A stretch of 64,000 nucleotides of DNA from the human T2T-CHM13v2.0 reference genome, Homo sapiens (GCF_009914755.1 NC_060931.1), one strand, 5' to 3'. Counted from the first letter of the stretch, positions 1 through 25,625 are shown. Numbers and translations: made by a program. The notes: generated from the sequence alone by a model not told the origin.

Positions 1-532
1 TACCTTTTTGGATGTATGCTAATGGGAAAACAAATCTCATTAATTAACTCATAGAACGGCTAAGAGGAAAGAATCTTAGGGGATGTGTGGTTTCACTCCC
101 TAATTTTAAACATGAGGAAATTTGGTACCAAAGAGATGAAGTAACTCAGCAGGTAGAGAGAGAAGAGCCTCTCTTACCACAAGGGGTCTCTCATTGGAAA
201 ATGGGCAAAACTCGTTCCCTGCCTGCATTCTCCAAGATCGTAGCCAACATAGAATAGAAGTGTCTCCCCTTCAGAGGACAACTGGTTTGTCCTTTGCCTT
301 TTACACCCCTTTCAGCAAGCAGTATTTCTCAGCTTTGTGTTTGTGCAAACTCTTGAGTAGCACAAACTCCTGAGCTAAGAGACACTCCACTCTGTTTGCA
401 ATTGAGGGCAAAGGCTGGGATGCTTGGGCACAGCTCCAGGCTCCTTTCCCAGAAGTCTGGGGTGGCAGAAAAAAAAAGAATGTATTTTTCACACACTGAG
501 TAGAGATGTGGCTCATCATGTAGAGGTAAATT

Positions 533-827
<295 letters not shown>

Positions 828-1384
828 TAGAGTTGGTATTTTATAAAGAATAGAAGTTTACATAGCTCACAATTTTAGATTATGGAAGTCCAAGAGCACG
901 CCATTGACATCTGATGAGAATCAGATTTCCACATCACAAAATGGCCAAAGGCATGAGGACGACAGAAGGTGAACATAAGAGAGCTTACTTTTATAATAGA
1001 CCCAATTTCCTGCCAGCTAACCCACTCTGGAAACAATGACATTAATTCATTCATGAGAGTAGATCCCTCAAAACCTGATATCTTCTTAAAGGTCTAATTT
1101 ATAATTTTATAACGATGACAGTTAAATTTCAGCATGAATTTTGAAGGGGGCATTCAAACCATAGCGATGCGTTTTTATTAGATAATTAAATTATTTGATA
1201 TTTTAAAAATTATTGATTTGCCATGACTTTTAATGGCAAAAACTGCAATTACTTTTGCACCAACAAAATAATGTCTTTGGTTTTCTTTTCATGCTCTCTT
1301 TTCTTGTGTTTTCTAGGTTTTTTTTTTTTTTTGCTTTTGTTATTATATGCTTTGATTCCCATTTCTTTTCTTTCTTTTGTTTTC

Positions 1385-1676
1385 TTTTCTTTTTTTTTTT
1401 TTTTTGAGATAGAGTTTCACTCTCATTTTCCAGGCTAGAGTGCAATGGCACCAACTCAACCTCCATCTCCCAAGTTCAAGCAATTCTCCTTCCTCAGCCT
1501 CCCGAATAGCTGGGATTACAGGCAATTGCCACCACATCTGACTAATTTTGTATTTTAGTAGAGATGGATTTTCTCCATGTTGGTCAGGCTGGTCTCGAAC
1601 TCCCGGCCTCAGGTGATCTGTCCGTCTCCGCCTCCCAAAGTGCTGGGATTACAGGAATAAGCCACTGCGCCCGGCC
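1385..1676 (-). mobile_element. Alu (Sp-like), shared with ~44620-44902
   Basis: Reverse Alu; same right flank (cttgattccttttt) in both copies. Confidence 0.85.
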
Positions 1677-2551
1677 GCTTGATTCCTTTTTTCTTTTGTG
1701 TGTATAGTACAAATTTTCATTTAGTTACCAAGAGATTTACATAACACATCTCATCGATATAACACTCTAGCTTACGATAATAACAATGCTATTTCGATGC
1801 ATAGAAAGACTCAACAGGTTTACTCTCTTCAATACACGATTTATATCGCACTTTACATTTTTTATATTGTGTATCTCATAATAAATTATTTAAGCTATAT
1901 GTATTTTGGATACTTTTGTCTTGTAGCTTTTATCCCTAAGTTAAAAGTAATTCATGCACCACCATTACAGGTGTCATTAGTATTTTATTCATTTTTCTCC
2001 ACTTATACCTAAACAATGATATAATTTAATTCCAATATTTATTTTATATATAATCTCACAGTATTCTAAAAAATTAAATTGTTTTTGCTTTGGAATATTA
2101 TTTTCTTGTGTTCATATGGTTGTATTGTAGATCTTATATTTTGTGTAATAGCAATAATATATTAATAACATAAATAACTTTACCTAGTATCTTTTAAATA
2201 CTTTAAAAGGTTCCATTTTCATTAGACTTTTTCTAATTCTTCTAATGTATTTTTTTGTGGAAATTTACTACTATACATTGCATGCCAATAATTAAAAATG
2301 CCAGATTTTCATAAGTTCATAGTCATATTTGAAAACTGTAATTATTTAAAGAATTATTTTCTGATACATCTATGCTAATATTCCATATTTTATAGGTCAA
2401 CATGTTTTATTTTTGTTTTTAAGTCCATTATACTGCATTTTTTTCGTACAGGTTTCTTTTGATTATTAAATTGTATTTTTGTTTTTAACGTTACATTTAT
2501 GATGTGGAAGGTAATTTTCATTCGGTATTATTTATAAAAATGCGGTGTTTA

Positions 2552-2866
<315 letters not shown>

Positions 2867-2934
2867 TCAAATATAAATCCCTGGGTTTCACTTGGAGCAA
2901 ATTTTAAAAAAAAGTATAAGTCAGATATTTCTTA

Positions 2935-3232
2935 TTTTTGTTTGTTTGTTTGGATATGGAGTCTCGCTCTGTCACCCAGGCTGGAGTGCAGTGGCAGGAT
3001 CCAGGCTCACTGCCACCTCTGCCTCCAGGTTCAAGCAATTCTCCTGCCTCAGCCTCCTGAGTAGCTGGGACTACAGGTGCCCACCACCATGCCTGGCTAA
3101 TTTTTTGTATTTTTAGTAGAGATGACATTTCACCATGCTGGCCAGGCTGGTCTTGAACTCCTGACCTCATCATCCACCTGGCTCAATCTCCCAAAGTGCT
3201 AGGATTACAGGCGTGAGCCACCACGCCCAGCC
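2935..3232 (-). mobile_element. Alu, shared with ~45805-46108
   Basis: TSD taagtcaga(c/t)at in both copies. Confidence 0.88.
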
Positions 3233-4739
3233 CCGTAAGTCAGACATTTCTATTGCCTATAAAAGTTACTTATGTGATATTTGCGTGTATAAATATTGAT
3301 CCATTTTCTTTATTAGTTATCTTGTTTATTTCTTTTCTCAGGTGGTTGTCAGTGTTCTATTGTCTGGATGAATAGTCAGAAAGGCAGTCTAAAATTACTG
3401 TCTATTTATTGTTTGAATCTATGTTATTGTGTGAGAAAAACACTTGGTATTTGAAGTAATTTTTGAAAAATGCAACTATTTTTTGAGAGTTGTAAATATT
3501 TGTGATTAAAAACATAAAATTACCATCTTAAACATTTTAAAGTTATATACTTAAGCTATATGTTTAGTACTTTTAAGTATATTTACATTATATGAAACAG
3601 ATCTCTAGATAATTTTATCTTTAAAAAGTACAATCTAATGTTCAATAAACTGTCTTCTCCTTCTCTCTTTTCCACGTCTGAAGAACATCATTTTACTTTC
3701 TGTTTTGTCTGTCTCTTTTTGACTATCTTATTTTAGTCAACATATTTTTTCCTGCGTCTTTAATTTTAACAAATAAGTTATTCTCCTCTCAGTTCAGATT
3801 CATCAGGAAATTGAATCATATCCAGAAGAATTAAAACTAAAAGACTAATATGTTTGTTAAAGCAATGCAGGTTGTCATACTAATAAACCCTACAATTTCA
3901 AAGGCTTAGCAAAATAATACATTTTCTGCACAAACCACCTTCCCCTTTGGTTTACTTCTGGTTAAAAAAAACTTCTTCATGATTATTTGGAGATTAGATT
4001 TTTTTCTAAATTTTCTATCCACATTCTCCTCTTTCTAAAGCCAATAGATCAAAAAAGATGCAAAGAAGACACATTTGCTTTTTATCCACACATCACTTCC
4101 AGTCACTATGCTGAGCAGAGTCAAAGTAAGCAGAGCTCAGAATAGCAGTTTTCTGGCAGGACAGCCACTTCTTGGCAAAAAATGACACAATAAAAGCATA
4201 AATCTTTCATGGAAAGCTAACATGTTTTCAACAAATTAAGCATATGCACGAATACAATTCTTGTGGTAAAATAAAGATTCATTTTGTTGATTCTTATTAA
4301 GCTCAGGTAATAGCAAATAAAAAGGCAGCAAACATAGAGCAAAAAAAATTATTCGAAATAGAAATAATGTGGATTAAGATATTCTGTCAATTAAAGTAAA
4401 AATATTTTTATCTCATACTAATCATCTTACTATAGTCGTATAATATCAAATGCTACCTTTTATTAACAATTGTACTTCATATAAGTATTCCATTTATATC
4501 ACCCTTCTTCACTGTTTCAATGCCTTCTGCACTTCATATCAGTGAAAAACAGGCTGGCTGGTACCAGGAAATGGATGTGGTGCTATTGCTACTTTAAGAG
4601 TAATGATGAAGAGCACTTGTCTGAATTGTTCCCATGTGGCAAACACTGTTATACGGTCTAAAGTAAACACATTTATTATTTTCTTCTAAATTTACTGATG
4701 AGATACAATTCTCAGCTAAGGAAGACTTGATCTCATTCA

Positions 4740-5168
<429 letters not shown>

Positions 5169-6093
5169 TTAAGATTCATAAAATTTCTTCATAATATAGA
5201 AGAAATGTGTTAACTATGTTCCCAGTAATCAACTCTGAACACTGAGCATTCTCAGTTTCCAGTATTCACTCTGAGTCATTCAGAAAAGTTGGTATCTCTG
5301 TAAGGAGTCAGAAAAATGTGTTTGGGGAAGGGTCACAACATTGCACATAAATGCTTTCTACCTGCACCTGTTAGGATCTTAATCTAATTGGTCTATCATT
5401 TGCATGACTAGATAGTTACTGGATCTAATCATACTATTTTGTGTTTTGCAGATAATGACATCTGTTACCTATAAGTTTCATACAACAATTTGCTCAGCTG
5501 AAACATGAATCTTTTGCTAATTTACCCGAAATTGAGGGACTAGATTTGCAATTTCTAATCTTTCAATGTTAGAGCAAAGTAGAGAAGAGTGATGTGTGTA
5601 TGTGGTATGCATTTTCTTACTTAACTATTAAAATTCTTCTCATATTGCCTTGGACACTTTAGACAGCCACCCAAAAAATATTCCCTACTGCTTTTTTTAG
5701 CCAGGATATTAGATTTCAAAAGGTCAAGGACTTAATAATTGGGCTAAGCCAAAATCTTGCCTTTGCTTCTTTCAAAGAGCATGGCAATTATGCCAAGCCA
5801 TTGAAAGATGTGGATCTGATGACTTTTATTTGATTTCAAATGTTTTTTCTAATTGTTTGCTCTAATTGTCTTATTGTGTTAATCTAAAAGAGAACCTATC
5901 TACATAACAACTTATGCATTCACGAAATGTTCATGTTACGATGATCAAAGTTCAATATTGTAGTATAGAATAGTAGAATAGTCTAAAATTAGAAAGTCAG
6001 ATTATTATTAATAAATTCATTATTTTTTTCAACATTTTCCAATGTTGAAATTAAAGAATTGGCAAGGCTTTTTCATGATAAGTTCAATTCTAG

Positions 6094-6438
<345 letters not shown>

Positions 6439-7530
6439 TGAATTATGTAAATCCGAGTTACCAGAATGGTGCAGAAGTGCTAATGCAATCAGAATGAAAA
6501 TGAATACGGCCTTGTTGGTAGACTATTGGTATCCCAGAGGCTGATCATTTACTTCAGCTGTGTAGACATTGCTTCATAACGCCAGGGAGCCCTTTCAACC
6601 AAGTTGTCTTTATTTCCCATTGATGAGGTCATGTTCTGGTCTCTGTTTTTCTTAAGCTGTCCCAGATGAGGGGTGATTATTTCTTGCATAAATGAGATCC
6701 CTTCTTTTTCCTCTGCAATGAGATCCTCCTATTCTCCTTACTGAAAGCAATATGTTGAAGGCAGAAACGGAGACAATATACAAATATATACCTTGCCATG
6801 TGGCCACCATAAACACTTTACGACATTGCTTACCAAGAAGTTTGATTAATTTCAGGGAAGCAGGGATGTTTTTCTATGATGTGCTCTTTCTCTTAAAGCA
6901 CCTCTGATTAAGTTTAGCCTAATCAAGATAATCTCTCGTATGATAAAAAGGAAGCCAATACATTAGTAATATAAATACATGAATACTGTTTTGCCACAGT
7001 CACACACATTTTGTGATGCTCAAGAGAAAAGGGTTACACAGCAGGTGTGCACTGAAGTGGGAACCTGAGGGTCATCTGAGAATTTTCCCTACCCACCTGA
7101 ATAGATTTCTAAAATCACCTTTCAGTTGCTTTTGCTGTCTTTCTAAGTAAACAAAGATATCATCTCCAAATAATAATTAATTGAACTGCTTTTCAATTGT
7201 ATTCATTAAAATAATTATCTTTTTCTGGCTTATATGAAGTATTTCTTATTTGTAATATACATTCACATATATACAAATATATAGCAATACAAATGTATCC
7301 ATTTTCATTTTTGTTAAATTTTTAAGAGTGGATGTTAAAGGTAACTTCTTTTCTGTTTGAAGTGTTTTTATTGTTTTATTCAAGAGTATTATCTCTGGAG
7401 TTAAAGTTGATACTGTTTTAATACTGGCTCTGCTATTGTGAGCAAGTTATTTCTCTCTCTGGCTCTTTTCTTTTTTTTTTTTTGTAAATTGAAAATAATA
7501 GTGACACCTTTGTTATTAAGTTACTTTGTC

Positions 7531-9480
7531 TATTAGTCCATTCTCACACTGCTGAAGAACACACCAAAGACTAGGTAAATTATAAAGGAAAGAGGTTTAT
7601 TTGACTCACAGCTCAGCATGGCTGGGGAGGCCTCAAGAACCTTACAATAATGGGAGAAGGTGAAGGAGAAGCAGGTATCCTTTTCACTAGGAGACGGAGA
7701 GCAGGAAAAATTACCACTTATAAAACCATCCAAACTCATGAGAACTCACTCACTATCACAAGAACAGCATGAGTATCATTCTGCCTCTGGCCCCTTCCAA
7801 ATCTCATGCCCTTTTTATATTTCAAAACCAAACATGCTTTCCCAACAGTCCCCCAAGTCTTAACTCAAGTTAGCATTAACCCAAAAGTCTAAGTCCAAAG
7901 TCTCATCTGAGACAAGGCAAATCCCTGCTACCTGTGAGCCTGTAAATCAAAAGCAAGTTAGTAACTTCCAAGATACAATGGAGGTACAGGCATTAGATAA
8001 ATTCTCCCATTACAAATGGGAGAAATTGGCCAAAACCAAAGAGCTACAGGCCTCATGCAAGTTTGAATTCCAATGGGGCAGTCATTAAGTCTTAAAGCTC
8101 TGAGATGTTCTCATTTGACTCCATGTCTCACATGTGGGCCATGATGATGCAATGGGTGGGCCCTCATGGCCTTGGGAAGCTCCTTTATGGACTGGAATTG
8201 TGTGCCTGTGGCTTTTCTAGGTGCACGGTGCAAGCTCATGGTGAATCTGTTATTTAGGGGTCTGGAGTACAGTGGCCTTCTCACAACTCCAGTAGGCAGC
8301 TTCAGTGGGGACTCTGCATGAGGGCTCCAACCCCACATTTCCCTTCTGCATTGCCCTAGCACAGGTTATCCTTGAGGGCTCTGCCCCTGTAGACTTCTGC
8401 CTGAACACCCAGGCATTTTTATACATCCTCTGAAATCTAGGCAGAGGTTTCTAGAGCTCAACTCTTGTCTTCTGTGCACATGCATGGCCAATACCACATG
8501 GAAGCCACCAAGGCTTGAGGATTGCACTTTCTGAAGGAACAACCCAAGCTGTACTTTGGCCCCTTTTAGCCACAGCTGGATCTGGAGCAGCTGGGATGCA
8601 GGGCACCCAGCCCCAAGACTTCATAAAGCAGTGGGGCCCTCCCTGGGCCTCGACCATGAAACCATTTTTTCCTCCTAGAGTTCCTGGCCTGTGATAGAAG
8701 AAACTGTCTCAGATCTTTGACATGACCTGAAGACATTTTCCCCATTGTCTTGGCTATTAACATTCAGCTTCTCTTTACTTTTGTAAATTTCTGCAGTGGC
8801 TTGATTTTCTTTCCAAAAAAATGGGGTTTTATATTCTACCTCATGGTCAGGTGCAAACTTTCCAAACTTTTATGTTCTGCTGCCATTTAAAAATTAAGTT
8901 TCTCATCTCCATCTGAGACAACCTCAGCCTGGACTTTATCATCTACATCACTATTAGCATTTGGGTCAAAAGCATTCAACAAGCCTCTAGGAAGTTCCAA
9001 ACTTTCCCATATTTTTCTATTTTTTTCTGAGTTCTCTAAACTGTTTCAACCTCTGCCTATTACCCAGTTCCAAAGTCACTTCCACATTTTCAACTGTCTT
9101 TATAGCAGTGCCCCAAACTACCTGTATTAATTTTCTGTATTAGTTTGTTTTCACACTACTATTAAGTTACTACCAGAGAATGGGTAATTTATACAGAAAG
9201 GAAGTTTAATTTACTCACAATTCTGCATTGCTGGGGAGGTCTCAGGAAACCTACAGTTATGGTGGAAGGCAAAGGAGAAGCAAGTACCTTCTTTACTAGG
9301 CAGCAAGAGAGAGGCAGAGCAGAAAAAAACACCACTTATGCAACCACCAGATCCTTTGAGAACTCACTATAATGAGAACAGCATGGGGGAAAATTACCCC
9401 CATATTCCAATCACCTCCCACCAAGTCCCTCCCTTGAAACATGGGGATTACAATTTGAGATAAGATTTGGGTGGGATAAA
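7531..9480 (-). mobile_element. MaLR (MST/THE1-type) element: LTR piece, internal, LTR
   Basis: tattagtccattctcacactgct and ctggggaggcctca LTR motifs at ~7531 and ~9138; MaLR-internal sequence between. Confidence 0.8.
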
Positions 9481-9704
9481 ATTTTACGGTAATGAATTCA
9501 ATACAAGTCACAGAATATAGATTTTTTTGAGAATCTCTGAGGTTTCCAGGTTTCTCTTTAATTATCCACCTTATTAAAATAATCTTTTTTGTTTCAATAT
9601 TGTTCTTCTGTTCTGAAAATGCATACAAACTCACACACAAACACACTCACTTGCTACATAACTTTCTTATATGTGTGTATATATATATGTATATATATAT
9701 ATTT

Positions 9705-9993
<289 letters not shown>

Positions 9994-10467
9994 GATATAT
10001 CTTTAGAGTAATATATTTGTATATATAACTCTATGTAAATCAAAACTAAAAGTCTGTTTTTGTTTGTCAGCAGAGAGGCCACAAGTACCAAAAATATACA
10101 AAACAATTTTTAAAAAATATTTAATCAAGACTCAGAAATGTATATTAATTATACTCATGCAATTTTTATGACCATAAAATGACCCTATGGTTAGTAATAA
10201 TTCAATTGTACATATTAAAATAAAACTGTATAATGAGCTTGTAATACAAAGGATAAATACGTGCTCGAGTTGAGGAATACCTCATATACGCTGCTGTGAT
10301 AATTAACTAATGTATGCCTGTGTTAAAATATCTCATATATGCCATAAGTGTGTATGCACACTATCCACCCACAAAATTTTTTTAGAAATCTAAATAGGGT
10401 AAAAAAGAATACAAATTTGATCTATGAGAAAAAAATTATTCTACTTATTTGCAGTTTAAACCACTGG

Positions 10468-10770
10468 CAGGACAGGCATGGTGACCCACGCTTGTAACCC
10501 CACCAATTTGGGGCACTGAGGCGGGTGGATCACCTGAGATCAGGAGTTAAAGACCAGCCTGGCCAACATGGTGAAACCTCATCTCTACTAAAAATACAAA
10601 AATTAGCCAGGCGTGGTGGAATGTGCATGTAGTCCCTGCTACTTGGCAGACTGAAGGCAGGAGAATCGCTTGGACCCAGGAGGTAAAGTTTGCAGTGAGC
10701 CAACATCATGCCACTGCACTCCAGCCTAAGCAACAGAGCAAGACTCCATTTCAAAACAAACAACCAACCA
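10468..10770 (+). mobile_element. Alu, shared with ~55520-55822
   Basis: Flanking (a)cactggca direct repeat in both copies. Confidence 0.85.
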
Positions 10771-11678
10771 ACCAACACTGGCAAAAAAGAGATTACTAGA
10801 GATGTCATTCCCCTACATTAACAAATAGTACATTGTTACCATCTTTTACTTAGAACCTTAAGTAAAATGGGACCCATTAAATCTGATGACAAATTAATAC
10901 TTCATTCAAAGCACAATAGTTTTAACACATTAAAAACAACTTTGTTTAATGAAAAAATTAAGTTGACACATAATCTTTAAAAAATTTTTAAATTTATTGC
11001 ATTTTATTACATAAACGTACAATTGATAAAAAACAATCTCTCCTATCTCTGATGAAACAACTGATCAAATACTTTCACAAACAATGGGAAGAGTCAACAT
11101 GACGGAATCTGAGACTTGAGTTACATTATTATTTGCTGTTCAGAAACTATTTTTTTATAGAAGAAAGAAGCATACCTCGAAGGTAATTATGAATCTCGAA
11201 AAAAACTACTTCTTTAACATGTATATGGTGTTAGCTTTGGATCTCTTTTACACTCAACCCTCTGATTTAGTGTAATGTATGAAGTTTCAGTGCCTTCATT
11301 CTTTCTACTGTGACCCCTCAGATGCTTATATAGACTTAATTTTTGATTTAATATGTTTTCCCCATTTACTGGTTCTGCAAAAATATTTAGTACAAACTGG
11401 TGTTTTCTAAGCTGGAGGTTTTGAAAAAATGTTTTTCACATTCATTACATGTTTAGACTTTCTCTCCAATATAAATTCTCTAATGTTCAACAAAGTTTGA
11501 GCATCTTCTCAGACCTTCAAATTCTTCCTTTAATATAAAATGTGTACAATAAAATCTGTAATGGAAGTAAAGGTACAGCAATCCTCTTTAAGTTTGTATG
11601 TTTGTCTTCAGAATAACTGGTCTTTACTTTAAAGGCCTATATTTTCCAAAAGGTCTTTTTACAGTAATCACATTTATA

Positions 11679-11970
<292 letters not shown>

Positions 11971-12325
11971 ATAATCCCTTTATTAAGTATAAACTTTCTG
12001 ATATTGAGTAAGATGTGACCTGATATTAATGGTTTTTCACATTCTTTGTACAATTTTTCTCTAGTATAAATGCTTTCCTGTACCATAAGGTGTGAGAATT
12101 TGTTAAAAGTTTTGCCACATTCTTCATATTTGTAGGAGTCTTCTTCAGTATAAACTCTTACCTACCATAACGTGTGACTACCATTTAAAGTCCTTGCCAC
12201 ATTTAACACATTTCTAGAGTTTCTCACCAGTATGATTTCTCTTTTTTAGAAAAGTTTGAGGTGTGCTTAAATGCTCTGTCACATTTTTATGTAAGCAGAG
12301 TTTCTCTCCAGTATAAAATTTTTTA

Positions 12326-12505
<180 letters not shown>

Positions 12506-12657
12506 TCAAGACTAGTTAACAGCTTTACCACATTCTTTGCTTTTGTAGAGTTTCTCTCTAGAATGAATGATCAGATAATATGTAAGGCCTGAGATGTGCT
12601 TAAAGGTTTTGTCACTTTTTTTATGTTTCTAGGGTCTCTGTAATATAAGTTCTCTTA

Positions 12658-14547
<1,890 letters not shown>

Positions 14548-14999
14548 TTAGCAAAATGCCATATCAAAATACCACAGGCCATAATTCCTTCATAGATGTA
14601 TAAATGTAACAAAATCATAGTGATCAAAATACCTTTGTTGGAAATTTATAAATAAAGTAAGTGTGTGCACCATGTGAGCATGATGTCCAGAGCCATATAG
14701 AGAGAAAAGAAAAGTCTGCTACATTTACCCAACACAGCCCTTCCTCATGCCCAGTAGAAGAACATAGTGCCTTTAATAACAGCTTTAAGTCTTCTGAGCT
14801 CAAAAGTGAATGTTACAACTGCAGAAAGACTGCAGTATGATGGGCAGAAGATAGGTGTAGAACGTAGTTACTGACCACTAAGAAGAAATATGAAGAAGTC
14901 TTTTAATTGAAAAATAAATACAAATTGCAGACAAAACACATCCTGAGAACATGTTTGTGAGAATCCCAGAATCTCTACCAAAGACAATTGGTGTCATGC

Positions 15000-18900
<3,901 letters not shown>

Positions 18901-19322
18901 GGCATGTGCAGAAAAATGGATGACCACCAATGAAAGAGAAACTACTATTCTCACACATTTTAGACATGATGCAAAAAAAAAATTTTAATGGTTTAGAGTT
19001 TTTCAAAAATATGCAGATATTAGTGTGTCCCCAAAAGCAATGGCAAAGCAGTCAGTTTGCGCAGTCCCTGATAACCTTTAAAGAAAACTTTGGCTCACAC
19101 TGTGAACTTGAAGAAAGATTATTGAAACAGAAGTGGAATCCTTAGAGACTTTAACAGCATGAGGCAGGAGGTGTCCCTATGTGAGAGCAAAAGAAAAAAA
19201 TGACTTGAGCTTCTCAGAAACTCTTTTCATCAAAGCACAGCTCCCCAGACCACATTTTAAGGACTGGCTGCCTCCTTGATTTGTGTACCTCTCATCTGTC
19301 TCATCTGCTTCATTCGCTCTCA

Positions 19323-19454
<132 letters not shown>

Positions 19455-19881
19455 TCATGCTGAATTCTTTAATTACCAAATTAGTATTATGCTTAGAGGA
19501 TATAATAGAAAATTCTAGAAGATTAATATTGATTCATAATAGAACTTTCTAAATATTCAGAAAATATTTTAAATTTGTAGGTCCTTAATTTCACTACTCA
19601 GTACTACTGAATCAAAAATTGGTGGCAGCAACTGAATTCTAATGTGTGGGCAACGATCTTTTATGCCATGGCATTTTTGGAATTCCCACTAACCTAGAGC
19701 AAAAGATACATAAGCTCAGGAAAGGCAAAAGTTCTGGTCAAGATAAAACATCTTGAAGAATTTGTTCTACAGCAATGAATCCCCAAGATTTTCTTAAAAT
19801 TGGAGATCTAAAATTCATTCATGCAAAGCAGAAATTACCAAAAACATCTTAGAAAAGAGAAAAGCAATATATTAGGAATTA

Positions 19882-20112
<231 letters not shown>

Positions 20113-20285
20113 TTAAAAAAGAGAGTAAAAAGAAGTGGTTCTCACTTACAAGAGTGACTAAAATTATTCAATAAGATAATTTTTAACACTGAAGTATTCT
20201 CTAACTCTGAGAAAAGAGGATAGCATAAGATCCACAATACCGCTGTAGATTTGATACTTTTCTGGATGATACATTATAAAATTAA

Positions 20286-20666
<381 letters not shown>

Positions 20667-21213
20667 TAGAATAAGTTGTGTATATTTCTCAGATAGAACA
20701 GTCATGATGAGTTGGAAGATACCTCTCAAGTCTTAGTATGTGCAATAAACTAAAGATCTTGTGAGATTTTGTTTCAGGAGATTTCCGAGGAAGTCTGAAT
20801 TTCTGAATTTTTAGCAAGCTCACCAATGTTTCTAGCCTAGTAAGAATATTTTGTCAAATATCCAGTAAATGGCAGAGTCTGGGTTTTTCCAAGTTTCTCT
20901 CACCTGTAAATAAAGATAAGAGCCTTCATTTTTAAAAGACAAATATAAGCAAAAGTCATCTAAAAGGAAAGGACAGCTTCCAGATTAAATGTGATGGTTT
21001 ATGCACTTCAGCTAGTAAATCTCCTAAGTGTCCTTAACAATTAAGAGAATAAGAATTAACTCTAGAGTGGAAAAAAATGTCATAGAGATCTTGAACCAAG
21101 TGAATAAAATTGTTATCAACTTTATTAGGACACATTTTTATTATGTGCTGATGCACACACAACACAACATCACTGCTGTGGCATTTCTCTCCTCTCAGAA
21201 AAGTAAATTATAA

Positions 21214-21610
<397 letters not shown>

Positions 21611-23149
21611 TAATTTTTATTAGTAATTTTAAGTAGTCTTTCCTTAGCACCCTGGAAAGCAAGTATCTCCTAACAGTTTTTTCAGAACTTTCTGTGTAAT
21701 AAATGCCACCCTGTTTAAATGAGCATTTTCTAAACACTGTCCTGCATGGAACTAATAGAGCACACAGATGAAACCTCAATAGAACATGTTTCACTTTTCA
21801 CTAATCTCCAAAGACAACGGTATTTCCCCAATAGAAATCTTGAGTATCCACACCTTCTAATGTTCAACAGCTACAATGGGAACATTTTAAATATCGTAGG
21901 TCATAAATTTGTTCTAAGAATTCTGCATGATATACAAGAATCCAAGATGAAGAGAAATGTATAGAATGCTATGGCATATAGAAAACAAATATTTTTTTCA
22001 GAACCCCTTGACTATCATAAAAATCACAAAAAATAGTTGAAACAAACTCATTAGGGATCAACAGCACAAGTAGAGAAGTAAAAATTTGCAAGTTCTGAAC
22101 ACAAGGCATTCCAAAAGGCAGCAGTGGACACTGCGCTTGATCTGAGACATGCTCACCTGAGAAAAAGTGATTTGTTTCTTTTCCTCCTCTTTCTCTGAAA
22201 TGTATTTTCAGATGAGATGCTCTGGACATATCAAACCTGCATCTTGAGAATATGCCTTTAAAGCACAACCTATTCACCTGCTACCACCACACACACCCAC
22301 GGCAGAAAGACCGAGACTTGCTGAAAACATTCACCCATTTTTGTTGTTTATAACTGAAAAGATTTAAGAGCAATGAGAGAACAACAAGCTTCTCCATAAC
22401 TATTAAAATATAAGTTTCTTTGTCCCTGCCCTCCCCTATCAGAAACCAACAATTTTCTTTACGGTAATGGGAGCATGAACCGCACTGACCTCTTCCTACC
22501 AAACTGAAACAGGGCAGGCAGTGCAGCCTTCCTATGATGCAAAGGTTGAACTAAACTCTCCTGAAAGTATCTTGAACCCCTCAAGTTTATAAATCACTTG
22601 GTAATCTTGGCCCCGCTCTATGCAACGTGATTCTGCAGGATCCAAAAGGGTCCAGGAATGGGCTTTTACAAGTCCCCTGTAAATGCTGATTGTGCTTTCG
22701 CAGACACATTATTAGCATTAGCAAGAGAAAGCAGGCACAGCAGAGTCCCTTACACACACCACATTTGTCACAATACTAATACTTCTGCTACAAATAAAAA
22801 CAACCAATTTCCACCCTGAAATGCTATATTTTTGTTGGCTTTTTTAAGTTTACAGGGACAACAGAAGACAGCAATGTCTGAGTGAATCTGCACCTGGGAA
22901 ACCTGTACACATGTACTAATAAAATGTTTATTAAGCAGGTACTGTGTGCTCAGGAGCATGTCACAGAACACTGCGCTGGGAATAACACATTTTGTGATTT
23001 AATTTTCATAGCACCCTGGGAGTTGGTACTAAGTGCTGAATAATTTTTAGCATTTGGATTAAGAGCACAGCATTTTTATTTCTTCTTATCTTTCTCATTA
23101 ATTTTAAAAAGAAAATGTATAGAATAATTCAATACAAAAAAACATGTGA

Positions 23150-24575
<1,426 letters not shown>

Positions 24576-25586
24576 AAAAAAAATCAGCTGGGTGCGGTGG
24601 CTCACACCTGTAACCCCAGCCCATTGGGAGGCTGAGGCAGGCAGATCACCTGAGGCCAAAAGTTGGAGACCTACCTGGCCAACATGGTGAAATCCTGTCT
24701 CTACTAAAAATACAAAAATTAGTTGGGCCTGGTGGCACACACCTGTAATTCCAGCCACTCGGGAGGCTAAGGCAGGACAATTACTTGAACTTGGGAGGCA
24801 GAGGTTGTAATGAGGTGAGATCGCACCACTGCACTCCAGCCTGGAGGACAGAGCGAGACTCCCTCTCAAAAAAAAAAAAAAAAAAAAAAAAAAAAAGCAT
24901 TTCTTGTAAATTACTATCTTGAAGAAAATATTTGGGCCTAGGCAACCACAGACGGCCAATTAATCTCTGATGACATAACCAAGAAATTTTCACCTGGATC
25001 TCACAAATAAGGAAACTACATAACTGTACCAAACCAATTATTGAATCTGGTTTGCTTCATCATGCAACTTATAACAGACTTTTCTTCAAGTCTCTCCCAT
25101 GGATCACAACCCACAAACCATAGCTGGGTGCTCTATGATTCTTGAATCACACTTTGATCAGATTCTCATTTTTACAGTGACTCCCATACATCTCTAAAAG
25201 GAAAAATGAGGAACTAAGGACCCCAGGACCACAGCTCTTTCCACTCATGAATCTTGCACCCTGAGTCAGGATTCTCCCCTGATGACTTTCCTATCCCTGT
25301 ACAATCTGGGTGAGATGAGGCGCTGGGAGTGCAGAGCAAACCAGAGAGGCCTCCAGTCCAGGGTAAAGCCACTGCAGAGGAAAAAGACAAAAACCCCAGG
25401 GTCCCAGGTGCTGGCCCAGGCACCATCTTGCGGCTGGAGGGGACGAGAGCCGAGCTGGGCCAAAGAGGATTTGGGTCGGCAGGCCCTGGAACTGACTGCG
25501 AGAAAGTCTGGGACCTGCTACAGCCACTTTCTGCCGGTTCCAATCAGCCCCCACCCCTCTCTCACGATGACAGACCCAGCACTCAC

Positions 25587-25625
25587 CATTTCTCGGCTTC
25601 CAGGGGGTCCTGGTCTTTTAGCCAT
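25587..25625 (-). CDS. ZNF479: KRAB-ZNF coding exon 1 (MAKRPGPPGSREM)
   Basis: ATG at 25625, 39 nt, followed by GTGAGT donor (actcac 25581-25586); typical ZNF91-subfamily first coding exon. Confidence 0.88.
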
